A stretch of DNA of 64,000 nucleotides from an uncultured Micavibrio sp. (GTDB lineage Bacteria; Pseudomonadota; Alphaproteobacteria; Micavibrionales; Micavibrionaceae), in assembly GCA_964352665.1 (NCBI GenBank), contig CAYGSJ010000005.1, positions 141-64,140 on the forward strand, written 5' to 3'. Below, piece by piece: positions 36,173-46,875 of this stretch. Every line of letters starts with the position of its first letter. The first letter of the stretch is position 1. The notes beneath the pieces are model-generated. The model worked only from the letters and a program-made list of their open reading frames with translations, was not told the DNA's origin and ran no database searches. Made by a program: the position numbers and the translations under genes.

Positions 36173-38128
36173 ATGAACACGCCACTTTGGTCTCCTTCTC
36201 AAGAATTTGTTAATGCATCCAACATCATGCGCTTCATGAATATCGTGCAGGAAAAAACGGGTAGTACATTCACAAATTATCAGGATCTTTGGGACTGGTC
36301 GGTCAAGAATAAAGAAGAGTTTTGGGATATGATCTGGGACTTTTGCGGTGTTGTTGGCGATAAAGGCGACACAGTCTTTGATAACAATAACGGTCGTATG
36401 TTTGGGGCGCGTTTTTTCCCGACCGGTCGCATTAACTATGCCGAAAATTTACTCTCTTCGCCGGACAGTTCTCTGGCCATGATTTTTCATGATGAAACCG
36501 GACAAGAATCGCAAATGACAAGACGTGAATTATATGATGCGGTTTCAAAATGGCAGCAAGCCATGATCGCGCAAGGTGTAGGAGAGGGCGACCGTATTGC
36601 TGGTTATATGCCGAATATGATGGAAACCATTATTGTTGCGCTGGCGGCTATTTCTCTTGGAGCTATCTGGTCTTCGGCTTCGCCTGATTTCGGTGTACAG
36701 GGCGTGGTTGATCGTTTTGGACAAATCAAACCAAAGCTGCTCATCACAGTTGACGGTTATTACTATAACGGTAAAACCGTTGATGTTCTGCAGAAAGTAA
36801 AAGACGTACAGCCACAGCTTGAAGGTTTGAAGCAGACAATCGTCGTGCCGTTTGCCGGATCAAAGTTGGGTATTGATGAACTTGAAAACACACAAATGGA
36901 TCAAGAGTTTATTAGTGATTATGAGCCGCGCGATCTGAATTTCACCCGTGTCGATTTCAATCATCCGCTTTTTATCATGTTTTCCTCCGGCACAACCGGC
37001 GCGCCGAAATGTATTGTGCACGGGCATGGCGGCACATTGTTACAGCACCTTAAGGAGCATCAGCTTCAGAGCAATATTAAGCAGGGCGATAAAGTCTTTT
37101 ATTTTACCACCTGCGGGTGGATGATGTGGAACTGGCTCATCACTGCGCTTGCATCAAAAGCGACATTGTTGCTATTTGATGGGTCTCCATTTTATCCGGA
37201 CGGGAATGTGCTCTGGGATTATACTACAAAACACCACTCCATGCTGTTCGGGACATCGGCGAAATATATCGAGGCCATGAAGGTAAACAGCATCACGCCT
37301 AAAACAACACATGATCTTTCGGCTTTAAAGGTTATGGCCTCAACAGGTTCCCCGCTTGTTCATGCCAGTTTTGATTTCGTTTATGAATCTGTGAAGGAAG
37401 ATTTACATTTGGCCTCGATTTCCGGTGGTACGGATATTGTGTCCTGTTTCATGCTGGGTAATCCAATTTCTCCTGTTTACCGTGGAGAAATTCAGGGGCC
37501 GGGTCTTGGTATGGCCGTTGATGTTTTTGATGAGACGGGGAACTCGACCAAGGAAAGCTCGGGCGAGCTTGTCTGTACGCAGGCGTTTCCTTGTATGCCT
37601 GTTTCATTTTGGAACGATGAGAATGACGAAAAATACAAGGGTGCCTATTTTGATCGCTTCGACAATATCTGGTGTCATGGCGATTGGGTTGAAAAAACAC
37701 CGCATGGTGGCTTCATCATTCATGGTCGGAGTGATGCAACATTAAATCCGGGCGGCGTTCGAATAGGCACGGCCGAAATTTACGGGCAAGTTGAAAAAAT
37801 AGATGCAGTGCAGGATTGCATAGCCGTTGGTCAGGACTGGGAAGGGGATGTACGTGTCATTCTTTTTGTTCAGTTAAAGGATGGGCACACTCTCGATGAT
37901 GCTCTTATCAAAGAAATTAAAACACAAATCAGAAAGGGCGCAACGCCGAGACATGTCCCTGCAAAAATTATCGGTATTTCGGATATTCCACGCACGCGCA
38001 GTGGTAAAATAACGGAGATCGCCGTGCGCGATGTAGTGATGGGGCGGCCAGTTAAAAATGTCGAGGCATTGGCAAACCCAGAAGCACTGGATCTTTATAA
38101 AGATCTTCGGGAATTAAAAGAGGCATAA
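36173..38128 (+). CDS. Acetoacetyl-CoA synthetase (acetoacetate-CoA ligase)
   Basis: N-terminus PLWSPSQEFVNASNIMRFM...YQDLWDWSVKNKEEFW, typical of this family. AMP-binding motif FSSGTTGAPKCIVH. The ATG at 36173 is preferred over the TTG at 36107. Confidence 0.88.
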   Translation: MNTPLWSPSQEFVNASNIMRFMNIVQEKTGSTFTNYQDLWDWSVKNKEEFWDMIWDFCGVVGDKGDTVFDNNNGRMFGARFFPTGRINYAENLLSSPDSSLAMIFHDETGQESQMTRRELYDAVSKWQQAMIAQGVGEGDRIAGYMPNMMETIIVALAAISLGAIWSSASPDFGVQGVVDRFGQIKPKLLITVDGYYYNGKTVDVLQKVKDVQPQLEGLKQTIVVPFAGSKLGIDELENTQMDQEFISDYEPRDLNFTRVDFNHPLFIMFSSGTTGAPKCIVHGHGGTLLQHLKEHQLQSNIKQGDKVFYFTTCGWMMWNWLITALASKATLLLFDGSPFYPDGNVLWDYTTKHHSMLFGTSAKYIEAMKVNSITPKTTHDLSALKVMASTGSPLVHASFDFVYESVKEDLHLASISGGTDIVSCFMLGNPISPVYRGEIQGPGLGMAVDVFDETGNSTKESSGELVCTQAFPCMPVSFWNDENDEKYKGAYFDRFDNIWCHGDWVEKTPHGGFIIHGRSDATLNPGGVRIGTAEIYGQVEKIDAVQDCIAVGQDWEGDVRVILFVQLKDGHTLDDALIKEIKTQIRKGATPRHVPAKIIGISDIPRTRSGKITEIAVRDVVMGRPVKNVEALANPEALDLYKDLRELKEA

Positions 38129-38130
38129 AT

Positions 38131-38670
38131 ATGCGGGGCTATTTCGGTATAGGCGTAGAAAGTATAAGTAAAGAGCAAAATGTAGGGACACTTGCCCGTT
38201 CGGCACATACTTTTGGAGCCAGCTTCTTCTTTACCATTCATCCCGACGTCGATATCAATGCCATGCGCCTGACCGATACATCCGACGCTTTTGATCATGT
38301 CCCATATTATGAATATGATTCGGCAAAAAAACTTACTTTGCCCATGGAGTGCACACTTGTCGGGGTTGAGCTTGTAGACGAATCAATCGAGCTCCCAAGC
38401 TTTCGCCATCCTACCCGTGCAGCCTATGTTTTAGGGCCGGAGATGGGGAGTCTTTCAGAAACCCTGATGGATCAATGTCATCACATTGTCAAAATTCCTA
38501 TGAAGTTCTGTGTGAATGTAGGTGTGGCGGGCGCGATCGTTATGTATGATCGCATGATTTGCATGGGCAGATTCGCCGAGCGCCCGGTTCGCCCCGGCGC
38601 GCCTTTACCCGAAGAGGTACGGCTACAGACCAGCGTGCGCAGGAAAATACGAAATTCCAGAAAAAAATAG
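38131..38670 (+). CDS. SpoU/TrmH-family RNA 2'-O-methyltransferase
   Basis: SPOUT motifs (NVGTLARSAHTFGA, YVLGPEMGSLS, IPM.FCVNVGVAGAIVMYD). Confidence 0.75.
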   Translation: MRGYFGIGVESISKEQNVGTLARSAHTFGASFFFTIHPDVDINAMRLTDTSDAFDHVPYYEYDSAKKLTLPMECTLVGVELVDESIELPSFRHPTRAAYVLGPEMGSLSETLMDQCHHIVKIPMKFCVNVGVAGAIVMYDRMICMGRFAERPVRPGAPLPEEVRLQTSVRRKIRNSRKK

Positions 38671-38760
38671 TTTTTAAAATTGCATCATTGACAGAGACCA
38701 TTTTACCCTCTAAATGAGAATGATTATTATTAACAGCTAACATGAAAGTGATTTTTCAAA

Positions 38761-39510
38761 ATGCAAAAGAGTTTAATGACAGGAAAAAAAGTTCTCCTTG
38801 GTGTGGGGCTACTGGTTTTCTTTGTGCCTGCAAATGCGCATGCAACCAAAAAAGTATATGGGCCAAATGTAGAAAAAGGTGAATTGGAAATTGAATATCG
38901 TGGTGGATACGATATTGATGACGACAGTGATGCAGATGGTGCATGGAAGCAGAAATTTGCTGTGGGTTATGGTTTTACTGACATGTGGTTTTCAGAAATC
39001 TATGCAGAGTTTGAAAGGGAGGGCGAGTCAGGTGCGAATCCTGAATTTACAGCCATTGAATGGGAAAACCGCTTTAAATTGACAGAGCAGGGAGAGTACT
39101 GGGTGGATATTGGTCTTTTGACCGAGCTTGTTTACAACACATCAGGCGGAGCCGACAAAGCGGAAGTAAAATTACTTTTGGCAAAAGATGTGAATAAATT
39201 TAGTCATCTAGCAAACTTCAAATTAGAACGCGAATTTGGCGAAGATTCTTCCGATGATACGGAATATGGTGTGTCATGGAGCTCACGCTATCGTTATAAG
39301 CCGGAATTCGAGCCTGGTATTGAAATTCACAGCGATCTGGGAGAATTTGGCGGCGACGCGAACTTTGATGAACAGAAACATCAAATCGGTCCGGTGATAT
39401 ACGGCTCGCTCGGACATTTTGCTTATGATGTAGGGGTTCTGTTCGGTGCGTCGGATGCGGCCCCTGATGCCAGCCTTAAGGCCATATTAGAGTATGAGTG
39501 GTACTTTTAG
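38761..39510 (+). CDS. Outer-membrane beta-barrel protein, unknown family
   Basis: Signal peptide (LLGVGLLVFFVPANAHA), alternating amphipathic strands, and a terminal aromatic residue (EYEWYF). Confidence 0.55.
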   Translation: MQKSLMTGKKVLLGVGLLVFFVPANAHATKKVYGPNVEKGELEIEYRGGYDIDDDSDADGAWKQKFAVGYGFTDMWFSEIYAEFEREGESGANPEFTAIEWENRFKLTEQGEYWVDIGLLTELVYNTSGGADKAEVKLLLAKDVNKFSHLANFKLEREFGEDSSDDTEYGVSWSSRYRYKPEFEPGIEIHSDLGEFGGDANFDEQKHQIGPVIYGSLGHFAYDVGVLFGASDAAPDASLKAILEYEWYF

Positions 39511-39542
39511 GACTGGACAATAAAGCTTATATCAAAGAAAGA

Positions 39543-39568
39543 GGGAAGGTTAACGCCTTCCCTTTTTT
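39543..39568 (+). terminator. Rho-independent terminator between the OMP gene and gor, possibly bidirectional
   Basis: gggaagg-ttaacg-ccttccc followed by tttttt. The T-run abuts the gor stop codon. Confidence 0.7.
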
Positions 39569-40929
39569 CAATTGGACTTTGACCGCATGGTAACAAATTC
39601 TTCGGCCGAGGTGGGGTGAATACCAATGGTGCGGTCAAAATCAGATTTTGTGGCGCCGGCTATGAGGGCAGTGGCAAATCCCTGAATTATTTCTCCAGCC
39701 TCTTCACCAACCATATGAACGCCTAAAACTTTATCGGTTTTACGATCAACAATCAGCTTCATAAATGTGCGTTCTTCATTATCCGCCAGAATCATTTTCA
39801 TCGCGCGGAAATCAGACTTATATATATCAATCCCGTTTCCGAATTTTTTGCGTGCCTGTGCTTCGGTTAAGCCCACTTGCGAAACATTGGGAGATGAAAA
39901 GACCGCGCTTGGAATATTATCATAGGATATATGTCTTTGGTTATCCGCAAACAACCGGTCAACGAGGGCATGACCTTCACCAAGAGCAACGGGTGTTAAG
40001 GCAACACGGTCTGTAACATCACCAACCGCATAGATGGATTCGATATTCGTCTGATCATTTTCGTTGACAGTAATCGCTCCCTTTTTGTCAATTTGGATAC
40101 CGAGCTTGTCCAGCCCAAGGCCATCCGTGTTGGGCGTACGCCCTGTTGCAAACAGAATTTGATCGGCTTTTAACGTCGTTTCGTCATCTAAATACACAGT
40201 TAAATCGTCTTTTTTCTTTTCTACACACGTAATATTTGTTTCTGGATGGAATTGAATGCCCTTTTTTATCATTTCATGATGTAAATGCACACGTACATCT
40301 TCATCAAACCCCTCATTCAGGATTTGATCACGTCTAAAAACAACATGCACTTCACTACCAAGTTTATTAAAGATGCTTGCGAATTCCAGACCGATATAAC
40401 CAACACCGACGATGACAAGACGCTTGGGTTGCTTTTTCAGAAAGAAAACATCATCGGAGGTAATGCCGTGTTCGCTTGCTCCCTCTATATTTGGAATGAA
40501 AATCTTTCCGCCTGTTGCAATCAAAATATATTTGGCCGCAATTTTTTTTCCTTCAACCTCTACAGTATGTGCATCGACAAGGCTGGCTTCGCCCCAGTGA
40601 ATTTTAACACCGGCATTTTCAAGCATGCGTTCATATATGCCGTTTAGTCGTTCAATCTCTTCATTTTTTCTTTTAATAAACTGTGCCCAGTCTAATGAAC
40701 GTGGCCCAATCGTCCACCCGTAACCTGCGGCATCGTCCATTGCAGCGCTGTATCCGGCAACATAGGTCATAAGTTTCTTGGGAACGCACCCGACATTAAC
40801 GCAAGTGCCGCCGTAAAAGCGCTTCTCTGCGATGGCTACTTTTGCGCCATGAGCTGCGGCGATACGGGCCGCACGTACACCGCCAGATCCTGCCCCTATA
40901 ACGAAAAGATCTACATCATAATCTGACAT
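39568..40929 (-). CDS. gor: Glutathione-disulfide reductase
   Basis: FAD motif LFVIGAGSGG, redox-active GGTCVNVGCVPKK, and C-terminal HPTSAEE. Confidence 0.9.
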   Translation of the reverse strand: MSDYDVDLFVIGAGSGGVRAARIAAAHGAKVAIAEKRFYGGTCVNVGCVPKKLMTYVAGYSAAMDDAAGYGWTIGPRSLDWAQFIKRKNEEIERLNGIYERMLENAGVKIHWGEASLVDAHTVEVEGKKIAAKYILIATGGKIFIPNIEGASEHGITSDDVFFLKKQPKRLVIVGVGYIGLEFASIFNKLGSEVHVVFRRDQILNEGFDEDVRVHLHHEMIKKGIQFHPETNITCVEKKKDDLTVYLDDETTLKADQILFATGRTPNTDGLGLDKLGIQIDKKGAITVNENDQTNIESIYAVGDVTDRVALTPVALGEGHALVDRLFADNQRHISYDNIPSAVFSSPNVSQVGLTEAQARKKFGNGIDIYKSDFRAMKMILADNEERTFMKLIVDRKTDKVLGVHMVGEEAGEIIQGFATALIAGATKSDFDRTIGIHPTSAEEFVTMRSKSN

Positions 40930-41139
40930 TTACTATCCTTGAAAAAAAGTTTATGTGGTTGTATTCGCATGGAATCCGCATTCGATACCTTATAGTATCA
41001 AAACTAACATGTTTAATCATTTGTGCAACGCACAGAAATATATAGGACCCATTATTTGAAATTCACTAGACCGCCAAGGGATTTCTCTTTAGTATTCAGA
41101 CGATTAAAAAATAATAATTACATTGATTGACGAGTCCAC

Positions 41140-44100
41140 ATGCCTCACAAAAAACTTAAAGAATTTGATTACTTGCTCAAAGAAGCGCAACAGCTTTTGC
41201 CTGCCAACGCATCTGCTGGTTTAAAGAGAATGCTTGCTGTTCTTGGTGCAGAAATTAATCCTGCGGATATAGAATTCTTTGATGCTCAGATCCTTGTCCA
41301 AATGGCCAAGTCACATTGGGATATGGCAAAGAAAAGAAGCAAGGAAGAGCCAAAATTAAGAATTTATTGCCCCGAGACGGATGCGGGAGATTATCGCAAA
41401 ACCATTATTGATATTGTAAGTGATGATCTGGCTTTTCTTGTAGACTCGATAGCGGCGGAGATTAACCGCCACGATCTTTTGATTGGTATTCTGGTTCATC
41501 CTAATCTTTACGCTTCCTATGACAAAAAGGGAAATCTAGGCGATTTTTCTGCAGATTCCAAAAAGGGAACACACCGTCAGGCCCATATCCATATCCAGAT
41601 TAATGAGCCTTTATCGAAGGAAGCATCAGAAGAGTTGGAGCAAGGCCTGTTTTCGGTGTTGGAAGATGTTTTCTACGCAAATGTGGATTGGCGTCCGATG
41701 CTAGCAAAATTGCAAGCAGCATCGAAAGAGCTTAGCATTGCCGCCACACGAAGATCTGCAGAAGAAATCAGAGAATATTGTGCGTTTCTGGATTATCTCT
41801 ATGACAATAACTTTACTTTGCTCGGGTATCGCGAGTACGAATTTATAGAAAACAAAAACAATCTGATAAGCAAGACCGTTCAAGGGTCGAGTTTAGGCTT
41901 ATTACAAGATGAGGTGGTTCCGGCATACATCACTGAAATGGAGGAGGGGCTTCCTCGCAATCTTCAGGAGTTGCGCCGCCGATTGCCGCCGGTATCGGTA
42001 TCAAAAACCAATCGTCTTGCCACGGTTCACCGTCGTGTGCCCATGGATTGTATCGCTGTTAAAGTCTACAATAAATCCGGAGAAGTGACTGGAGAAAAGC
42101 TGTTTTTGGGTCTGTTTACCTCTGTGACCTATTCACGAAGCGTAAGCGATGTGCCTTATCTGTCTGCAAAAGTAGAAGCAACGATAAAAGAATCCGGTTA
42201 CATCGAGGGCACACATGATTGTAAAGCCCTACGCCACATTCTCGAGAAGTATCCAAGAGATGAGTTATTCCAGATGGAACCAAGGGAACTTTTGGAGATA
42301 TGTCAGGATATTATCCGTTTGCAAGAGCGCCAGCGTATTGCCCTATTTATGCGGAAAGATCCTTTTGGACGATATTTATCCTGTCTGGTTTACGTGCCTC
42401 GCGATCGTTTCGGAACGCAGTTGCGTCAGGACATTGCAACCATTTTAGAACAGGAAACAAATGGAATATGTGCAACTTTTTATACGACTCTTGATGATTC
42501 ACTTTTTGCACGTGTGATGTACATTATTAATGTCAGTCAGAAAAATCCTCCGAAAATCAAGCCCAAGCGCATTGAACAAAAGCTTCGTGATTGTGGTAAA
42601 ACATGGACAGAGCGTTTATCTCAGGCCCTTCATGAGGCTTATGACGAGCATGCAGTGATCACAGATTTGACCGAGCGTTACGGTGATGCATTTCCTGTCT
42701 CTTACACCTCGACACATGAAGAAAAAAAATCTGTTTTTGATATTGAGAGAATTGAAAAGGCAATCGAAAGCCGTGAAATTGTTTTGGATTTATATCGTCC
42801 GAATGATGTTGATCTTAAGAAAGTCAGGCTGAAAATTTTTCAGGTAGGATCACCCGTGACTCTGTCGGACGTCTTGCCGATCCTTGAAGATATGGGGCTA
42901 CGCGTTATAGCAGAATTACCGTTCGAAGTTAAACCGGAAGGATCGGAAGAGTCTGTGTGGATTCATGATTTTCTTCTTGAAACACCAAGCATAGATGATT
43001 TCATTGTTGTGGGCGACGTCAAAGAGAATTTTGAAGAGTCATTTGTAAGAATCTGGAATCAACAAATCGATAACGATCCTCTTAACGGTCTTATTCTTGG
43101 CGCAGGGGCAACCTGGAAAGAAACAACTATTTTACGTGCATACGTGAAATATATGAAACAATTGAACTTTCCTTTTGGTGGTGCCTATATCGAAAAAGTT
43201 CTAATCGACAATCCTAAAGTTAGCCGTCTTTTGATCGGTTTGTTCAAGGCTTACCACGATCCTGCTAATCAATCTGATTCAAAGAAAATGATTAGTCAGT
43301 GTGTTACAAACATTTTGAGTGAATTGGACCTTGTTCAATCCAGTGATCATGACAGAATTCTGCGCACAATCATGGAGCTTGTCGAAGCAACGCTGAGAAC
43401 AAACTATTTCCAAAAAACAGATCAAGGTGATGCCAAGGATTACTTGTCCATGAAGTTTGATTGTAAAAAAATAAAATACATGCCGGCACCAAAACCGTTC
43501 CGTGAGGTATTTGTTTGCTCACCACGCATGGAGGCAATTCATCTGCGCGGTGATAAAATTGCACGCGGTGGACTGAGATGGTCTGATCGTCACGAAGATT
43601 ACCGGACCGAAGTTCTTGGCCTCATGAAGGCGCAGATGGTTAAAAATGCTGTAATTGTGCCTATGGGCTCAAAGGGTGGGTTTGTTGTCAAAAGGCCGAC
43701 AAAAACACGCGATGAATTTATTGCCGAGGGTATTGAGTGCTATAAAATATTTATTCGCGGCCTTCTGGATATTACAGATAACCAATCGGGTACAAAAATT
43801 ATTCCACCAAAAAATGTTGTGCGCAGAGACGGAGACGACCCCTATCTGGTTGTGGCTGCCGATAAAGGAACGGCAACTTTTTCAGATATCGCAAACAGCT
43901 TGTCAGAGGAATATGGTTTCTGGCTCGGTGATGCGTTTGCATCTGGCGGGTCTGCCGGATATGACCACAAGAAAATGGGCATAACTGCGCGTGGTGCGTG
44001 GGAATCAGTAAAACACCATTTCCGCCTTCTTAATCACGATATTCAATCTCACCCTTTTGATGTTGTCGGGGTTGGCGATATGGGCGGCGATGTTTTTGGT

Positions 44101-45963
44101 AACGGTATGCTGCTTTCCGAACATATTCGTCTGGTAGGGGCCTTCAACCATCTTCACATTTTCTGTGACCCGCATCCTGACGAGGAATCATCATTTAAGG
44201 AAAGAAAACGTTTGTTTAAGGCTGTCGCTGGTTGGGATCAGTATAATGAAAAATTGTTATCCAAAGGCGGTCGTATATACAAGCGCAGCGATAAGATGAT
44301 TGATCTGACGCCTGAAATAAAAGAGCGGTTTGATATCGAGGAAGACCGTGTACCGCCAGTTGAACTGATGAGCGCAATGTTAAGAAGCAGAACAGATTTG
44401 TTATGGTTCGGTGGTATTGGTACTTACATAAAATCAACAAAAGAAACCCATACCGATGTTGGAGATAAAGCCAATGATTCCTTACGTGTGAGTGCTGACG
44501 AGGTGCGCGCAAGAGTGATAGGAGAAGGTGCAAATCTTGGGATTACACAACATGGCCGCATCGAGCTTGGAGAACGCGGTGTCAGCATCAACACAGATTT
44601 TCTTGATAACTCTGGCGGTGTTGATTCTTCGGACCATGAGGTGAACATAAAAATTCTTTTGCGCGATGTAATGACACAAAAATCGCATAATATGGATTTG
44701 TTAGCGCGAAACAAGTTGCTTGAAAAAATGACCGAGGAAGTCGCCGACCATGTACTCAGACATAATTATCAGCAAGCACAGGCTATTTCTCTCGTTGAAA
44801 TGCAGGCTCACGAAAATCTAAAGCTTCATGATGATTTTATTCGTGATTTGGAGCGCGAAGACGGTTTGGATCGGGAGATTGAAGCGCTTCCCGACCATAA
44901 CAAAATCGCGGAGCGCTTGCGCATGGGTAAAGGACTTACTCGTCCCGAACTATGTGTAATTTTCGCATATGCAAAAATTGCCCTGACGCAGGATCTTCTT
45001 GAATCTGAAATTCCTGATAATCCGGAAATGCATCACTGGATTACCGATTACTTTCCAACAATTCTCGGGAAAAAATATGAAAAGGAAATTATTCGCCACC
45101 GCCTAAAACGTGAAATTATTGCGACGATGATGGCAAATTCCCTCATTAATCGTATGGGCCCGACATTCCTGAAAGCGCGGATGAATAAAACCGGGGCATC
45201 GGTTAGCGAAATCGCCGCTGCCTATATTGTTGTGCGAGATGCGTTCGGATTACGCAGAATGTGGGATGATCTTGAGGCGATGGACGGCAAAGTTCCGGCG
45301 CAGATCCAACTTAAAGCCATGCGCGAAATTGCTAATCTTTCCGAGCACGGTATTACGTGGTTCCTGACTCGTTTGGGTCGCCCTGTAGATATGGACAAAG
45401 ATGCAAGGCAATTCGGTGCCGGAATTCAAATGTTGTCGAGCAATCTTGATAAGCTTGTGACAAAAAGCCTTAAGTTATCGATCAAGCAACGTAAAGACGC
45501 TGCACGTCTGGATGGCTTGCCACCAAAACTATCGCAGCAGATCGCCATATTGCCTGTTTTATCATCGGCGTGTGATATTATCCGGATATCGATCGAACAA
45601 AAAATAGACGTTAAAGTTGCGGCGCGCGCTTATTTTGGTTTAGGCGAACGTTTGAATTTCGATTGGTTACGCCAGAAAGCGCGTTTCTTGCCACAGGATG
45701 ATTATTGGCAGGGTGAAGCCGCAACAGGCTTGATGGATCAGTTGTATAGTTGTCAAGCAGCACTTACGGTGAACATTCTAAAAGGCGGTGGAAAAAAGCT
45801 GGTCGAAGACGGGTATGTTGTTGAAAAATGGTTGGAAGATCATGCTTATCAGATCAGACAGCTCGATACGCTTTTTGCCGAGGTACGCCATGCCGGTACG
45901 GTCGATATGACCATGCTTACCGTTGCCGAGCAACGTTTAAGAGCGCTCGTTGTAAACGATTAA
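41140..45963 (+). CDS. NAD-specific glutamate dehydrogenase (large, about 180 kDa class)
   Basis: 1607-aa ORF. Catalytic core motifs (RGGLRWSDR, KGGFV, VVAADKGTATFSD, GDMGGDVFGNGML). Confidence 0.9.
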   Translation: MPHKKLKEFDYLLKEAQQLLPANASAGLKRMLAVLGAEINPADIEFFDAQILVQMAKSHWDMAKKRSKEEPKLRIYCPETDAGDYRKTIIDIVSDDLAFLVDSIAAEINRHDLLIGILVHPNLYASYDKKGNLGDFSADSKKGTHRQAHIHIQINEPLSKEASEELEQGLFSVLEDVFYANVDWRPMLAKLQAASKELSIAATRRSAEEIREYCAFLDYLYDNNFTLLGYREYEFIENKNNLISKTVQGSSLGLLQDEVVPAYITEMEEGLPRNLQELRRRLPPVSVSKTNRLATVHRRVPMDCIAVKVYNKSGEVTGEKLFLGLFTSVTYSRSVSDVPYLSAKVEATIKESGYIEGTHDCKALRHILEKYPRDELFQMEPRELLEICQDIIRLQERQRIALFMRKDPFGRYLSCLVYVPRDRFGTQLRQDIATILEQETNGICATFYTTLDDSLFARVMYIINVSQKNPPKIKPKRIEQKLRDCGKTWTERLSQALHEAYDEHAVITDLTERYGDAFPVSYTSTHEEKKSVFDIERIEKAIESREIVLDLYRPNDVDLKKVRLKIFQVGSPVTLSDVLPILEDMGLRVIAELPFEVKPEGSEESVWIHDFLLETPSIDDFIVVGDVKENFEESFVRIWNQQIDNDPLNGLILGAGATWKETTILRAYVKYMKQLNFPFGGAYIEKVLIDNPKVSRLLIGLFKAYHDPANQSDSKKMISQCVTNILSELDLVQSSDHDRILRTIMELVEATLRTNYFQKTDQGDAKDYLSMKFDCKKIKYMPAPKPFREVFVCSPRMEAIHLRGDKIARGGLRWSDRHEDYRTEVLGLMKAQMVKNAVIVPMGSKGGFVVKRPTKTRDEFIAEGIECYKIFIRGLLDITDNQSGTKIIPPKNVVRRDGDDPYLVVAADKGTATFSDIANSLSEEYGFWLGDAFASGGSAGYDHKKMGITARGAWESVKHHFRLLNHDIQSHPFDVVGVGDMGGDVFGNGMLLSEHIRLVGAFNHLHIFCDPHPDEESSFKERKRLFKAVAGWDQYNEKLLSKGGRIYKRSDKMIDLTPEIKERFDIEEDRVPPVELMSAMLRSRTDLLWFGGIGTYIKSTKETHTDVGDKANDSLRVSADEVRARVIGEGANLGITQHGRIELGERGVSINTDFLDNSGGVDSSDHEVNIKILLRDVMTQKSHNMDLLARNKLLEKMTEEVADHVLRHNYQQAQAISLVEMQAHENLKLHDDFIRDLEREDGLDREIEALPDHNKIAERLRMGKGLTRPELCVIFAYAKIALTQDLLESEIPDNPEMHHWITDYFPTILGKKYEKEIIRHRLKREIIATMMANSLINRMGPTFLKARMNKTGASVSEIAAAYIVVRDAFGLRRMWDDLEAMDGKVPAQIQLKAMREIANLSEHGITWFLTRLGRPVDMDKDARQFGAGIQMLSSNLDKLVTKSLKLSIKQRKDAARLDGLPPKLSQQIAILPVLSSACDIIRISIEQKIDVKVAARAYFGLGERLNFDWLRQKARFLPQDDYWQGEAATGLMDQLYSCQAALTVNILKGGGKKLVEDGYVVEKWLEDHAYQIRQLDTLFAEVRHAGTVDMTMLTVAEQRLRALVVND

Positions 45964-46875
45964 TCAAATCGCCAGAAACAATAGAACAAGAATTCCGGCA
46001 ACGGTATTGGACTTGAAAATCTTCAGGGCGCTTTCCTGACTTTGTAAATCCCAGGATTTTAATTGCCAGATAAAATGAAGTGCCGGTAATGCGACGATTA
46101 TGCTAGCGGGTGATAAATCTTTTGCCATGAAAATACAGATCAGGGACAGGGCATAAAATACCCCAACATATATTTTGCTTTGGTCTCCAAATTTTAGAGC
46201 CGTGGATTTAATACCGGCAAAGGCATCGTCCTCCTTATCCTGATGGGCATAAATAGTGTCATAACCAAGTGTCCAAAAAATCCCCGCCATGTATAACAAG
46301 AGAGCCACAACGCCGATCTCGTCGGTTATAGCGCTCCACCCCATAAGAGCACTAAAGTTAAAGGTCAAACCTAAAAAAGCTTGTGGCCACCATGTAATAC
46401 GCTTCATAAACGGGTATAACGCGATAAAGGGTAGAGATAGAAACCCTAGAAATATAGTGGTTTTGTTGAGTTGTATCAAAATTACAAATGAAATTAGCAA
46501 CAAAGTAGCTAAAAACACAAAAGCTTTTCTCGGACTTATTATTTCTGCTGCTAAGGGCCGGTTTCTGGTGCGTTCCACCATTATATCGAGATCCTTATCC
46601 CAGAGGTCATTAACGATGCATCCTGCGCCGCGCATCACAACAGCGCCGATACAAAACAGAAAAACAACCCATAAAGAATGGGGCGTTATTTTGCTTATAC
46701 CGCCCGTTCCCAGAATAATTCCCCATAGGCCCGGCAGCAGCAAAAGCCATATGCCAATCGGCCTGTCCAGCCGCATAAGATATAAATAAGGTTGCAGGCG
46801 TTCAGGAAAGAAAGCCTCAACCCATTTAAGTGTCTTGATATCCGTATGTGTTTTGGTGTTTATAATGTCTGTCAT
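45964..46875 (-). CDS. ubiA: 4-hydroxybenzoate polyprenyltransferase
   Basis: MRLDRPIGIWLLL, NDLWDKDLD (NDxxDxxxD), and a second Asp-rich motif YAHQDKEDD. Its stop abuts the GDH stop. Confidence 0.9.
   Translation of the reverse strand: MTDIINTKTHTDIKTLKWVEAFFPERLQPYLYLMRLDRPIGIWLLLLPGLWGIILGTGGISKITPHSLWVVFLFCIGAVVMRGAGCIVNDLWDKDLDIMVERTRNRPLAAEIISPRKAFVFLATLLLISFVILIQLNKTTIFLGFLSLPFIALYPFMKRITWWPQAFLGLTFNFSALMGWSAITDEIGVVALLLYMAGIFWTLGYDTIYAHQDKEDDAFAGIKSTALKFGDQSKIYVGVFYALSLICIFMAKDLSPASIIVALPALHFIWQLKSWDLQSQESALKIFKSNTVAGILVLLFLAI

Noticed and set aside
46289-46789. A 166-aa plus-strand ORF inside ubiA.
   Set aside because: It is antisense to a gene with clear UbiA motifs, its composition is biased (Ile/Lys/Arg/Pro) and it has no recognisable domain. 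It is a shadow ORF.
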